From: Nitrosomonas sp.
GTDB lineage: Bacteria > Pseudomonadota > Gammaproteobacteria > Burkholderiales > Nitrosomonadaceae
Reading direction: 5' to 3'
DNA length: 64,000 nucleotides
NCBI GenBank assembly: GCA_024282035.1
Contig: JAMWZR010000002.1
Coordinates: 49,954 to 113,953 of the forward strand
Positions 1 to 9,712 of the stretch are shown here, piece after piece. Below the pieces are notes generated by a model that made no database searches, was not told where the DNA came from, and saw only the letters and a program-made list of their open reading frames with translations. Numbering within the stretch: position 1 is the stretch's first letter; each line of letters begins with the position of its first letter. A program made the position numbers and the translations under genes.

Positions 1-537
1 TTTCAGGCCGAGAAACTATCCATTGTCCCGAGTGATTTTAGGCATCGCCTTACCCTTGGCATCATGGAACTGGGTTTGGCTGGATCGCGCGGATTGGAGT
101 TTGGCAGCGCTTTGGACATTGTGCTGGAAACAATCTATGCCGGCATGCGATTCAACCGGGTCGTGACTTTCTTACGAAGTGCGGGTCATTTCAGAGCGGA
201 ATTTCACTTGGGGAAATTGCATGCTTTAGTATTGCCCAAACTGGTTTTTCCCGAGGTCTATGCTGCTGATATCTTTCATTTGTCTTTGCTGCATCAGGCG
301 GATGTATTCGTACAGGATACGTTGCAAAGCCGGGAATGCACGCTACCTGAGTGGTTCAAACAATCTTTACCCGATGCAGGCGCTTTCATTCTTCTGCCGC
401 TGGTTGCGCATGGCCGAAATGTCGGCTTGATCTATGCAGATTGGAGTCTGGGATCAACTCGCAAGATCAAGCCGGACGATTTTCTGTCGCTCGGATCGTT
501 GCGCGATCAATTGATGCAATTCTGGCATAAAGTTTAG
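1..537 (+). CDS. C-terminal part of a signal-transduction protein (GAF-like domain typical of HDOD/kinase-HDOD proteins); 5' end lies outside the window
   Basis: Frame is open from base 1 (FQAEKLSIVPSDF...). The pattern 'LETIYAGMRFNRVV...FHLSL...DVFVQD...LPEWF...AGAFILLPLV...VGLIYAD' resembles the GAF-like C-terminus of HDOD proteins. Confidence 0.6.
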   Translation, partial: FQAEKLSIVPSDFRHRLTLGIMELGLAGSRGLEFGSALDIVLETIYAGMRFNRVVTFLRSAGHFRAEFHLGKLHALVLPKLVFPEVYAADIFHLSLLHQADVFVQDTLQSRECTLPEWFKQSLPDAGAFILLPLVAHGRNVGLIYADWSLGSTRKIKPDDFLSLGSLRDQLMQFWHKV

Positions 538-826
538 TCCCCGACCCCGCCACCTCTCTTGTGGGATGCTATCCCATTCAATCCAGGATGCGCTAAATGG
601 CTTTCAGTACACTATAATCGGTCGTTCTGTTCCGATGGGGTTAATCAGTCGTGTGCGAATGGATTCAATGGGGATTCTGAGAAATTCCCTTTCACATGCA
701 AGCCAAGTTTCATGGATTGTGACAAGTGTATGCCTGATATCGGGTATCCCGGCCGTACATGGTGGCTTTCTGAACACTTCCCCAGCGTAATTGAGTATTT
801 ATTCATCTTCAGCAAGGAAACATTTC

Positions 827-1300
827 ATGGATTCAATCTGGTTCAAAGACTATACCATCGAGTACCTCGAAGGATTACGTAATGCCAACATGGGCGAGCA
901 CGTCGGGATTCATTTCGTCGAACTGGGCACAAATTTTCTGAAAGGGCGCATGCCTGTCGACAAACGTACGACCCAGCCCTTCGGTATCCTGCATGGCGGC
1001 GCCAGTTGCGTACTATCCGAAACATTGGGCAGCGTATCGGGCTGGATGACGATCGACCCAGAAAAATATCGTGCGGTGGGATTGGAATTGAACATCAACC
1101 ATATTCGTGCTGTGACCAAGGGGAATGTGATCGGTATTTGCACGCCGTTGCATACTGGACGTCGCACGCAAGTCTGGCAAACCGATATCGTCGAAGAAGA
1201 TACCGGTAAGCGCGTGGCTATTTCGCGCCTGACACTGGCTATTATCGAGCAAGGTACGTTGAGTGCTCAAAAACATCACGTCGTTGTGGACAGAGAGTGA
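827..1300 (+). CDS. Hotdog-fold thioesterase (PaaI/YdiI-MenI family)
   Basis: QPFGILHGGASCVLSETLGS and GLELNINHIRAV motifs. ATG at 827 follows AAGGA; the ORF track starts at 791. Confidence 0.9.
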   Translation: MDSIWFKDYTIEYLEGLRNANMGEHVGIHFVELGTNFLKGRMPVDKRTTQPFGILHGGASCVLSETLGSVSGWMTIDPEKYRAVGLELNINHIRAVTKGNVIGICTPLHTGRRTQVWQTDIVEEDTGKRVAISRLTLAIIEQGTLSAQKHHVVVDRE

Positions 1301-1380
1301 TGAGTCCTACGTAAGACCACTATAGAGCAATGATCGACGCTCGGCTTGGGCGCAGTCATGGTGATGAATAGAAGGGCAAT

Positions 1381-1403
1381 GACCCTGCTTTGGAAGCAGG
1401 GTC
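1381..1403. terminator. Hairpin between convergent genes, probable terminator
   Basis: Perfect 10-bp stem gaccctgctt / aagcagggtc with a 3-nt loop. Confidence 0.55.
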
Positions 1404-1430
1404 AACGGTGATTTTTAGTTATCAGTTTTT

Positions 1431-1877
1431 TTAGTTGTTTTTCGGTTTGTCCTGGGTTGATGCAAGCGAATTCTCTTGCGTCGATGCGGTGCTATCGGAT
1501 GGTTTGTCTGTTGCTTTTTCCTGAACCTCACTGGCCAAGTGGGCATCGGTTTGTACCTCGGAAGCTGCAGAACGAACTGGCGCGTTGTCAGGGTGGCCTC
1601 CCTTGCTGTTCCACATGAAATAGAAGGCTCCAATGGTAACCACCACGACAGGTAAAGTGATGAAAACCAGCAGGGCATATTCGACAGTGATGTCTGTTCC
1701 CTGTGGCGGTGGGCTGCTAACCAGGATATAGGCATGGGTTAGTGCCACAGCATATACCGGTAACAGTGCAGCCAGGTGCCGATTTTTGATCAAGGGGCGT
1801 ATGGTGAGCATGTTCAGAAGATTAAGGCCGTAATACCCGGCAAAATAGATAAAGATATAAAAGAAAATAGCACCCAT
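1431..1877 (-). CDS. Hypothetical membrane protein (about 3 TM segments, low-complexity C-tail)
   Basis: 148-aa ORF with three hydrophobic stretches and an S/T/Q/D-rich tail; AGGA lies upstream of the ATG on the minus strand. Confidence 0.7.
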   Translation of the reverse strand: MGAIFFYIFIYFAGYYGLNLLNMLTIRPLIKNRHLAALLPVYAVALTHAYILVSSPPPQGTDITVEYALLVFITLPVVVVTIGAFYFMWNSKGGHPDNAPVRSAASEVQTDAHLASEVQEKATDKPSDSTASTQENSLASTQDKPKNN

Positions 1878-2100
1878 GGTGATTGTCCTGTATTGATTGG
1901 ATTGATGCGAGGATAAAAGTCAGACGCTGCAACAGACTGACGCGATTGCAAATCATGATACACAGATCGGCGTAAAAAATGTACCGCTAATCGAATGATG
2001 AGTGAGCAGCAAGATGGATGCAGGGTCGTGTGCCAATTCGATCACCTCGGGACGATTTAGCTGACACGGTTGAGAAGCATCACATCCTATTCACAATAGC

Positions 2101-2111
2101 TGTGCTAGATT
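2101..2111 (+). promoter_or_regulatory. Extended -10 promoter element (TGTG-C-TAGATT)
   Basis: Matches TRTGnTAnnnT and lies about 30 nt upstream of a strong terminator. Confidence 0.35.
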
Positions 2112-2139
2112 TGTTCACGAATTATCCCAACTGTTAATC

Positions 2140-2174
2140 AATCAACGCCCTCCCAAGGCGTTGATTCTTTTTTT
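2140..2174 (+). terminator. Rho-independent terminator inside an intergenic region
   Basis: 10-bp stem aatcaacgcc / ggcgttgatt, 7-nt loop, followed by c and a run of 7 T. Confidence 0.75.
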
Positions 2175-2258
2175 GTGCACTTGCCGCGACTGTGGCAAGT
2201 GATGCTCCCTTTTTCTATTCAGCTTAACAACAGGATTCCCTGTCTGGTAAAAGTTTCA

Positions 2259-2286
2259 TTGATCGGTCATAAAAATTCGGTATGCT
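2259..2286 (+). promoter_or_regulatory. Possible sigma70 promoter for the DUF3422 gene
   Basis: TTGATC-16 nt-TATGCT ending 33 nt before the ATG at 2320. Confidence 0.3.
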
Positions 2287-2319
2287 AGGCATTGATTGAA
2301 TCGGATCAGGTACTAGAAT

Positions 2320-3669
2320 ATGGAAGATCACACACTATCATCTGCGAAGCAGGATACGGCTCATGCTGTGCTGCAGTCATTGGAAATCCCAGAATATATG
2401 CTGCGGCAGGAATTGCACGCCGAACTCAATGCCGTGGCTTACGAGCTATTGGCGCCACCCTTTGAATTATCCCATCTGGTGCTGTTGTCCGAACGCTCTG
2501 CGGTCGAACATGAACGAGGATTGCTGCGCGAGTTGTGCGCACGTTACGATGTTGCTCCACCCAATAACTATGACAACGATTTCAGCGCCGATTTTGGCGA
2601 GTTTCGCATGCGTTGGGAGCGGCATACCGAATACTCGACATACACCATTTACCGCGCAAAGCCCTTCGCTGCACCTTTCGAGCATCCTGCAATCGAATTT
2701 GTACCGCAGGACTGGGTAGCACGTCTGCCAGGCGAATTGCTGGTGGCAACACATATCGCGCTGGAAGATCGTGCACGCCCCAAGCGCAGCCTGCATGAAC
2801 TGGTAACATTGTTTGCCTCGGGGACGGTAATTGGCTCGAAAGTGGCTGGTGGAGCGGCCAGTGTGTGGAGCGACAATCAGATACACCGTGATAATTTTGG
2901 CCGCATCCTGATCCACGATGATAACTTGCGTAGCAGGCAGGTTGGACGGTTGGTGCAGCGACTGCTCGAGATCGAGACCTATCGCATGCTGGCCATGCTG
3001 CCATTGCCAATTACACGTGAAATCATTCCGCAACTGGCGCGCGCTGATCAACGTCTGGCCGAGCTGATTGCCAGTAACGTCGAAATGAATTCGATCGAAG
3101 ATGAACAGCGATTGCTGGATGAGCTGACACGCCTTGCGGCCGAAACGGAGCGCTTGTCGGCGCAGACCGGTCATCGCTTCAATGCTTCGCGGGCTTACTA
3201 CGACATCGTCAAACTGCGGATTACCGAGCTGCGCGAGGAGCGCATCGAAGGGTTGCAGATGTTGCAGGAATTCATGATCCAGAGATTGTCTTCGGCAATG
3301 GGAACGTGCGAACTGGTGCATAGCAAGCTGGAGACGTTGTCGATGCGACTCGGTCGGGCGACGGCGTTATTGCGCACACGGGTTGATTTGTCGATGGAAG
3401 GGCAGATTCGCGATTTGCTGAAATCGATGGATCATCGCGCGCATGTGCAGCTGCGCATGCAGGAAACGGTGGAAGGATTGTCTGTGGTGGTACTCAGCTA
3501 TTATCTGCTGGGCATCGTGGGTTACGGATTGAAAGCACTCAAGGCCGCCGGACAGGACATCAATGTGGAGTTGCTGACCGGTCTGGCGATTCCGGTTGTG
3601 TTATTGAGTGTCTACCTGGTTGTTCGTGGTGTACGGCATGTCATTGGCAAGTTGCATCGTGACAAGTAG
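2320..3669 (+). CDS. DUF3422 family membrane-anchored protein
   Basis: RWERHTEYSTYT, GRLVQRLLEIETYRMLAML and LQETVEGLSVVVLSYY motifs plus two C-terminal TM helices. Confidence 0.85.
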   Translation: MEDHTLSSAKQDTAHAVLQSLEIPEYMLRQELHAELNAVAYELLAPPFELSHLVLLSERSAVEHERGLLRELCARYDVAPPNNYDNDFSADFGEFRMRWERHTEYSTYTIYRAKPFAAPFEHPAIEFVPQDWVARLPGELLVATHIALEDRARPKRSLHELVTLFASGTVIGSKVAGGAASVWSDNQIHRDNFGRILIHDDNLRSRQVGRLVQRLLEIETYRMLAMLPLPITREIIPQLARADQRLAELIASNVEMNSIEDEQRLLDELTRLAAETERLSAQTGHRFNASRAYYDIVKLRITELREERIEGLQMLQEFMIQRLSSAMGTCELVHSKLETLSMRLGRATALLRTRVDLSMEGQIRDLLKSMDHRAHVQLRMQETVEGLSVVVLSYYLLGIVGYGLKALKAAGQDINVELLTGLAIPVVLLSVYLVVRGVRHVIGKLHRDK

Positions 3670-3785
3670 CAACTGACCCATCGAGAAGCGCAGAGCATGA
3701 CGGGTGTACGGTATTGCTTCGAGTAACGCCGTGAACCACCAGTCTGCAAGTTGGTGACTGGTGATATCCGCACTTCAGCGTTTCT

Positions 3786-5168
3786 CTAGCATTCGGTGAT
3801 GCTGACGGCCAATCCGCCCAATGATGTTTCCTTGTACTTGACCGACATTTCCAATCCGGTTTGTTTCATGGCAGCGATACAATTGTCCAGTGACATGAAA
3901 TGCTGACCATCGCCACGAATGGCCAACGATGCAGCGGTATACGCCTTGATGGCACCAAAGCCGTTGCGTTCGATACATGGTACCTGTACCAGACTGCCCA
4001 CCGGATCGCAGGTCATGCCCAGGTGATGTTCCAGCGCGATTTCTGCGGCATTCTCGACTTGCTCGGTCGACCCGCCCTTGATAGCACACAGTCCTGCCGC
4101 CGCCATGGCGGATGCCGATCCCACTTCGCCCTGACATCCCACTTCGGCACCGGATATGGAACTGTTGTGTTTGATCAATCCACCAATGGCGCCGGCTACC
4201 AGCAGAAAATCGCGCACCTGCTGTTGCGTGGCGCCTTCGTGCCGGACTGCATAATAAATCACGGCTGGAATGACTCCGGCGGCGCCGTTGGTCGGGGCAG
4301 TAACCACCATATGTCCTGCGGCGTTTTCTTCATTGACGGCCATTGCATAGGCGCATAGCCAGTCGTTCAGGTTGGCCTGTTGCGGATTATTCTGCAACTG
4401 CTGATACAGAGCGTGAGCACGGCGCTTGATGTTCAGACCGCCAGGCAGGCGGCCTTCGGCGATCAGTCCTTTTTCCAAACAGGTTCGCATGGCATCCCAA
4501 ATGGCATCCAGGCCATCGTTCAATTGTGCCTCGCTTATTCTTTCCTGTTCGTTACTACGTTTCATGGCGGCCACGGACAGCCCGCTGTCTGCGGACATTT
4601 TCATCATCTGGTTGGCGGAATCGAATGGATAGCCGCAAGAACGGGTGGTTTCCATCTTGATGGGTGCAACCAGTTGGCCGATTTCCTGTAATGTGCTGAT
4701 GAATCCACCACCGATTGAAAAGTAGGTTTCAGTCAGAACGGTTTGCCCCGTTCCATCGATGAGCTGGAAAATCATGCCATTGGGATGTTCCGGTAAAGGG
4801 TCGCCACGATCGAAAATGATGTCCTGGGCTGGATTGAAGTGAATCTCGACGCGATCATCGATCCGAATCGTAGTCTGCTGCCATAGTCGCTGGAACAATT
4901 CGTTGACGTCGGTTTTGGCTAGTGCAGGCGGTGTATAAGCGTGCATTCCCAGAGTAACGGCACGATCGGTGGCATGACCTTTACCGGTAAAAGCCAGCGA
5001 TCCACGCAGTGTACATCGTACTTGCAGGAATTCAGGTAATGGCTGTTGATTGCCAACATAACTCTGGATACGTCCGAGAAAATCCTTGGCAGCCACCATT
5101 GGGCCCATGGTATGAGAGCTGGAAGGACCGATGCCGATTTTAAAAAGATCGAGTACGCTGATGAACAT
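3786..5168 (-). CDS. sdaA: L-serine ammonia-lyase (Fe-S serine dehydratase)
   Basis: [38 protein letters not shown] and [16 protein letters not shown] motifs. Confidence 0.97.
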   Translation of the reverse strand: MFISVLDLFKIGIGPSSSHTMGPMVAAKDFLGRIQSYVGNQQPLPEFLQVRCTLRGSLAFTGKGHATDRAVTLGMHAYTPPALAKTDVNELFQRLWQQTTIRIDDRVEIHFNPAQDIIFDRGDPLPEHPNGMIFQLIDGTGQTVLTETYFSIGGGFISTLQEIGQLVAPIKMETTRSCGYPFDSANQMMKMSADSGLSVAAMKRSNEQERISEAQLNDGLDAIWDAMRTCLEKGLIAEGRLPGGLNIKRRAHALYQQLQNNPQQANLNDWLCAYAMAVNEENAAGHMVVTAPTNGAAGVIPAVIYYAVRHEGATQQQVRDFLLVAGAIGGLIKHNSSISGAEVGCQGEVGSASAMAAAGLCAIKGGSTEQVENAAEIALEHHLGMTCDPVGSLVQVPCIERNGFGAIKAYTAASLAIRGDGQHFMSLDNCIAAMKQTGLEMSVKYKETSLGGLAVSITEC

Positions 5169-5570
5169 GGAGAAGCCTGTTAATAATATTTTTTAGTAAA
5201 ATCAGAATGAAATCGTGCGCTCTGGACGAGCAAAAAAACAAAGCGGATTAGTATGCTATATGTCTGAAACCGACTCAACAGATTTTTTCACAATGCCTTT
5301 AAATATCTGTGGGTATACTGATGCCGAGTTTGAGCGAATGTGAGAAATGCCACATCCTTCATCGTCCTGTTGACGGTATGATGTCCATGCAATTTTTCTT
5401 AATTGTTTCTTCTAATCAGATAGTTCGTATATCAGCTCATTGCCTCGTGCCGGGCGCCATGCGGCGCAGCGGTGAAAGACAATAAACCGTTTTTGTCGAC
5501 GGCTTCCTGTGCGTGGGAGCCAAAATGTCCATCATTCAAGTGGAATGAGACCTCACAACATGAGTTAGAT

Positions 5571-8500
5571 ATGAATGAAAACAATGCAACTTCAATGGCC
5601 CTAAAGGGCGTGCAACCGGATGAATTACTTGGGAGCACACGGGTACTGATTCATCGTGTTTCACCAGATGGTCATCTGCTTTTTGTCAATGACGTATGGC
5701 TTGAGGCATTGGGTTATGCGGCAGAGGATACGCGAACATTGAACATCTTTGCCTTTCTGCATCCACAGTACCATGAGCATTGGCTGACTTGGATGCAACG
5801 TGTGATGGCGGGAGAAGATGTGGGACGGGTTGCGATGGCTTTGCTTGCCAGGGATGGATGGATCGTCTCGGTTGAGGGGTACTTGAATCCGTACCGGACA
5901 GAAGGACGGGTTACTGCAGTTCACGGACAATTTCGCTTGGCATCCACACTCTCAAAAGTGAAAAGCAATCTGGCGATCGGCAAGCGGGATACGCTTGCAA
6001 TTGTAAAGCGGACCGACTCGCAGCAAACCGGCGAGAGACGCTTTGAAGAGCTGATTGAAAGCATGTCAGGCGCGTTGTTCGAAGTTCGCGTGGATGCCCA
6101 AGATCAGTACTCACTGATATACGTGAGTGAAGGTATTGCCAGTTTGATCGGATTATCCGCAACAGCCTGCTTGGCTGATGCCAACAATATGCTCGGAGGG
6201 GTGTCATCGGCGACATTGTCGGACCTGAAAGCTTCGATTCGGCATTCCGGACAGAATCTGCTGCCCTGGTCGCATGCCTGCCAGGTTCAGACACCTGCCG
6301 GTAAAAAATGGTTGCAGGCACATGCTACGCCCAAGCGCCACCAAGACGGCAGTACGCACTGGCTGGGGGTTGTCCTGGATATCACGGTGCAAAAAGAAAG
6401 TGAAGCTGCACTGCAAAACCAGGAACAACTCGTTTACAGTCTGACGGAGTCTGTGCCGGTCGGTATTTTTCGCACCGATGTCCTGGGGCGGTGCCTGTAT
6501 GTCAATGACCGCTGGTGCAGCATCGCGGGACTGAGCAGGGAGGAAGCGCTGGGGTATGGCTGGACGACTGCCGTGCATGTCGAGGACCGGGAGCGCGTCA
6601 TGAATGAATGGCAGCAAGCGGTACAGAATCAGCAGCAATTCATGTTGGAATATCGTTTCAAAACCCGACAGCAGATCACAACCTGGATTCTGGGGTTGGC
6701 TCAGGTGGAACGAAATCAGCAAGGGGAAGTGCAGGGCTATATCGGCACGATTACCGATATTACGCTCCAGAAAGGCAAGGAAGTCGAACTGGCGGCATCC
6801 CGTAAATTGCTGCAAAGCATCATCGATACCGCACCTGTTCGAATTTTCTGGAAAGACCGGGAATCGCGCTTCCTGGGATGTAACTCCGCTTTTGCCAGAG
6901 ATGCCGGAGCGAGTTCCATCCAGGACATGATTGGTACCGATGATTATCAGTGGAGCTGGAAATCGCAGGCGGCCCTGTATCAGCAGGATGATCAGAAAGT
7001 GATTCAATCGGGAAAGCCGCATCTCACCTATGAGGAGCCGCAAACCACTCCGAATGGTAAGACAATCTGGTTACGAACCTCCAAGGTTCCATTGCGCAAT
7101 GGCGACAACGAGATCATCGGCGTGCTGGGCATCTATCAGGATGTTACCAAGCAGAAGCAGATTATCGACTCGATGCGTCTGGCAGCAACCATCTATCAGT
7201 CGAGTAATGAAGCCATCATGGTGACTGACGAGAATGATCGGATCATTCAGGTCAATCCCGCATTTACGCGCATTACCGGTTTCGAGATGATCGATGTACT
7301 GGGCAAGAGTCCGGAAATATTTCGTTCCGGCCGGCATGACACCGGTTTTTACCAGGAAATGCGGCAGAAATTGATGAATGAGGATCACTGGCAGGGAGAA
7401 ATCTGGGATTTACGCAAGGATGGCTGTATCCAGGCAAAATGGCTCAGCATCAGCATCATTCGCCATCCAGATGGACGGATTCACTATCATGTAACGCAAT
7501 TCACCGACATTACCGAGAAGAAAAAGCAGGACGAGCTCATCCTGTCACAAGCCAATTACGATCAGCTGACCGGTTTGCCCAACCGCAATCTGTTCAAGGA
7601 TCGCTTAGAGATGGAAATCAAGAAGTCGCGCCGCAATGGGGCGCGGCTGGCCGTGCTGTTCCTCGATCTCGATCATTTCAAGGATATCAATGACACCTTG
7701 GGACATGACAAAGGCGATGATCTGTTGAGCGAAGTGGCTGCACGCATCAAATCCTGTGTGGATAAACCGGATACGGTGGCTCGGCTGGGTGGCGATGAGT
7801 TTGCCATCATCCTGTCGGATTGGTCCGGCGATCAGCGTGTGGAAAGTATCGCCCTGCAGATCATCAAGCGTTTGAACAGACCCTTCCGCTTCAATCAAAG
7901 TTTGTCTGACTATCATATTTCCACCAGCATCGGTATCGTGTTTTATCCGCAGGACGGTGCAAACATGAAGTCCTTGATGAAACATGCAGACCAGGCCATG
8001 TACGCCGCCAAACTGGAAGGACGTAACCGGTTTTGTTATTTCACCCCGTCGATGCAGCGTCAGGCCAGTGAGAAAATGGCGCTTATTCATGATTTGCGCC
8101 AGGCCATTGGCAAGAATGAACTTCAGGTTTACTTCCAGCCCATCCTGGAACTCGCCAGCGGACGTCTGCTCAAGGCCGAAGCCCTGCTGCGCTGGAAACA
8201 TTCGCGCCGCGGGATGATCAGTCCGGGTACATTCATTCCGCTGGCAGAAGAAAGTGGCTTGATCGTGGAAATTGGCGAAATGGTGTTCAAACAGGCTGTC
8301 GCCATGATTGATCGCTGCTTGCAGCGTTCCGGTCATTCCTTGCAGATCAGCATCAATATGTCACCGATCCAGTTCAAGTCGCTGAATTGTTTGCAATGGT
8401 TTGATCAGTTGCTCGAGATCGGTTTGCCGGGAAACTGTATCAACGTGGAAATTACCGAAGGATTATTGCTCAGAGACTCACCAGTGGTGCAGCAATCACT

Positions 8501-8852
8501 GCTGGAATTCAGAAATAATGGCGTCGAAGTTTCGATCGACGATTTTGGAACTGGATTCTCGTCGTTGTCGTATCTCAAGAAATTCGATATTGACTATCTC
8601 AAGATCGACCATTCTTTCATCAACCAGCTACTCGATAGTGAAACAGATCGCGCACTGGTTGAAGCCATTATCGTCATGGCGCACAAACTCGATATCAAGA
8701 CGATCGCCGAGGGAGTAGAAACCCAGGCGCAGCAGGATCTGTTGCAGCATTTCGGATGTGATTACGTACAGGGCTTTCTGTATTCCAAACCTGTCAAAGC
8801 ACAGGCTTTCGAGAAACTGTTCGGAAAGACAGGAACGCGGGCGACTCGCTAG
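5571..8852 (+). CDS. Multi-PAS/PAC diguanylate cyclase/phosphodiesterase (GGDEF-EAL)
   Basis: About five PAS repeats, RLGGDEF, KAEALLRW and DDFGTGFSSLSYL. ORF track starts at GTG 5472; ATG 5571 is more plausible. Confidence 0.95.
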   Translation: MNENNATSMALKGVQPDELLGSTRVLIHRVSPDGHLLFVNDVWLEALGYAAEDTRTLNIFAFLHPQYHEHWLTWMQRVMAGEDVGRVAMALLARDGWIVSVEGYLNPYRTEGRVTAVHGQFRLASTLSKVKSNLAIGKRDTLAIVKRTDSQQTGERRFEELIESMSGALFEVRVDAQDQYSLIYVSEGIASLIGLSATACLADANNMLGGVSSATLSDLKASIRHSGQNLLPWSHACQVQTPAGKKWLQAHATPKRHQDGSTHWLGVVLDITVQKESEAALQNQEQLVYSLTESVPVGIFRTDVLGRCLYVNDRWCSIAGLSREEALGYGWTTAVHVEDRERVMNEWQQAVQNQQQFMLEYRFKTRQQITTWILGLAQVERNQQGEVQGYIGTITDITLQKGKEVELAASRKLLQSIIDTAPVRIFWKDRESRFLGCNSAFARDAGASSIQDMIGTDDYQWSWKSQAALYQQDDQKVIQSGKPHLTYEEPQTTPNGKTIWLRTSKVPLRNGDNEIIGVLGIYQDVTKQKQIIDSMRLAATIYQSSNEAIMVTDENDRIIQVNPAFTRITGFEMIDVLGKSPEIFRSGRHDTGFYQEMRQKLMNEDHWQGEIWDLRKDGCIQAKWLSISIIRHPDGRIHYHVTQFTDITEKKKQDELILSQANYDQLTGLPNRNLFKDRLEMEIKKSRRNGARLAVLFLDLDHFKDINDTLGHDKGDDLLSEVAARIKSCVDKPDTVARLGGDEFAIILSDWSGDQRVESIALQIIKRLNRPFRFNQSLSDYHISTSIGIVFYPQDGANMKSLMKHADQAMYAAKLEGRNRFCYFTPSMQRQASEKMALIHDLRQAIGKNELQVYFQPILELASGRLLKAEALLRWKHSRRGMISPGTFIPLAEESGLIVEIGEMVFKQAVAMIDRCLQRSGHSLQISINMSPIQFKSLNCLQWFDQLLEIGLPGNCINVEITEGLLLRDSPVVQQSLLEFRNNGVEVSIDDFGTGFSSLSYLKKFDIDYLKIDHSFINQLLDSETDRALVEAIIVMAHKLDIKTIAEGVETQAQQDLLQHFGCDYVQGFLYSKPVKAQAFEKLFGKTGTRATR

Positions 8853-8865
8853 CGGCTGTTATCCG

Positions 8866-9537
8866 CTATGGTTTTACCAGTGCTGAGGTTTTCAGCCAAT
8901 AAATGCTCTCATGCAAGCGACTCAGGCCGCGCTCCCTGAAACGTGGATTCTGTTCCAGTACGTCCTGTTGGTGCAAACAAGTCATGGTGGCACGTCGTGC
9001 ATACAGTGATTCGACTTCCCCGAGGGGAACGGCGAAAGGCGGGCCAGTCATTTCATGCTGCGGATAGTCCAGCGTAATCAGCAAAATGTCCATTTCTGCC
9101 GGCAGAATATCCAGCAGATGTGTGACGTAGCGTTGCCGCATGACAGGGGGTAACGCAACCAGAGCGGCGCGGTCGTACACAGCGTGTATATTGACCAGAT
9201 CCGCAGCTGTCAATTCGAAAATATCACCGCACCAGATCTGGATCGTGCCGGATGTCAGGCACTCGAATGGGCCGTGGTGTGTGATTGTGGGGTTCAGATG
9301 ATATTCGTCGAAAAAGGCATGTGCTGCCATGGTACTTAATTCGACGCCCATCACCGCATGACCCTGTTCGTGCAGCCACATCATGTCCCGGCTTTTACCG
9401 CACAGTGGCACCAATACCTTGCTCCCAGCGACCCGATGCATCCGTGGCCAGTAATGCTGTAGGTAGGAATTGATTTCATTCTGATGGAAACCGATGTCAT
9501 TGCGTTGCCACCGAGCCAGCCAGTATTCGTTTTTCAT
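8866..9537 (-). CDS. tpm: Thiopurine S-methyltransferase
   Basis: WLARWQRNDIGFH, VLVPLCGKSRDM, VYDRAALVALP and GPPFAV motifs. Confidence 0.95.
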   Translation of the reverse strand: MKNEYWLARWQRNDIGFHQNEINSYLQHYWPRMHRVAGSKVLVPLCGKSRDMMWLHEQGHAVMGVELSTMAAHAFFDEYHLNPTITHHGPFECLTSGTIQIWCGDIFELTAADLVNIHAVYDRAALVALPPVMRQRYVTHLLDILPAEMDILLITLDYPQHEMTGPPFAVPLGEVESLYARRATMTCLHQQDVLEQNPRFRERGLSRLHESIYWLKTSALVKP

Positions 9538-9712
9538 GTCGATCGATCAGTAAGGTCGCTGAGACCGAATTGTAGCGGATTGTGGCATGGTGACGGATAC
9601 GATGATGGCATCTTTTCGCCGTGCAAAGGTATCGGGGGGACATTTTTCCAGTTGCTTATTATGGTTATTTGTGTGTAAATTGCTCACGATAAAAAGAAAG
9701 TAAGTATGAGTC

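Noticed and set aside
559-882. ORFs 559-882 and 566-790 in the gap before the thioesterase gene
   Set aside because: No recognisable motifs or RBS, the composition is unlike real proteins, and one overlaps the thioesterase gene out of frame.
2018-2137. 39-codon ORF (MQGRVPIRSPRDD...) ending just before the 2140 terminator
   Set aside because: No clear RBS and no family resemblance; an sRNA or leader explains the terminator at least as well. Not excluded, but unsupported.
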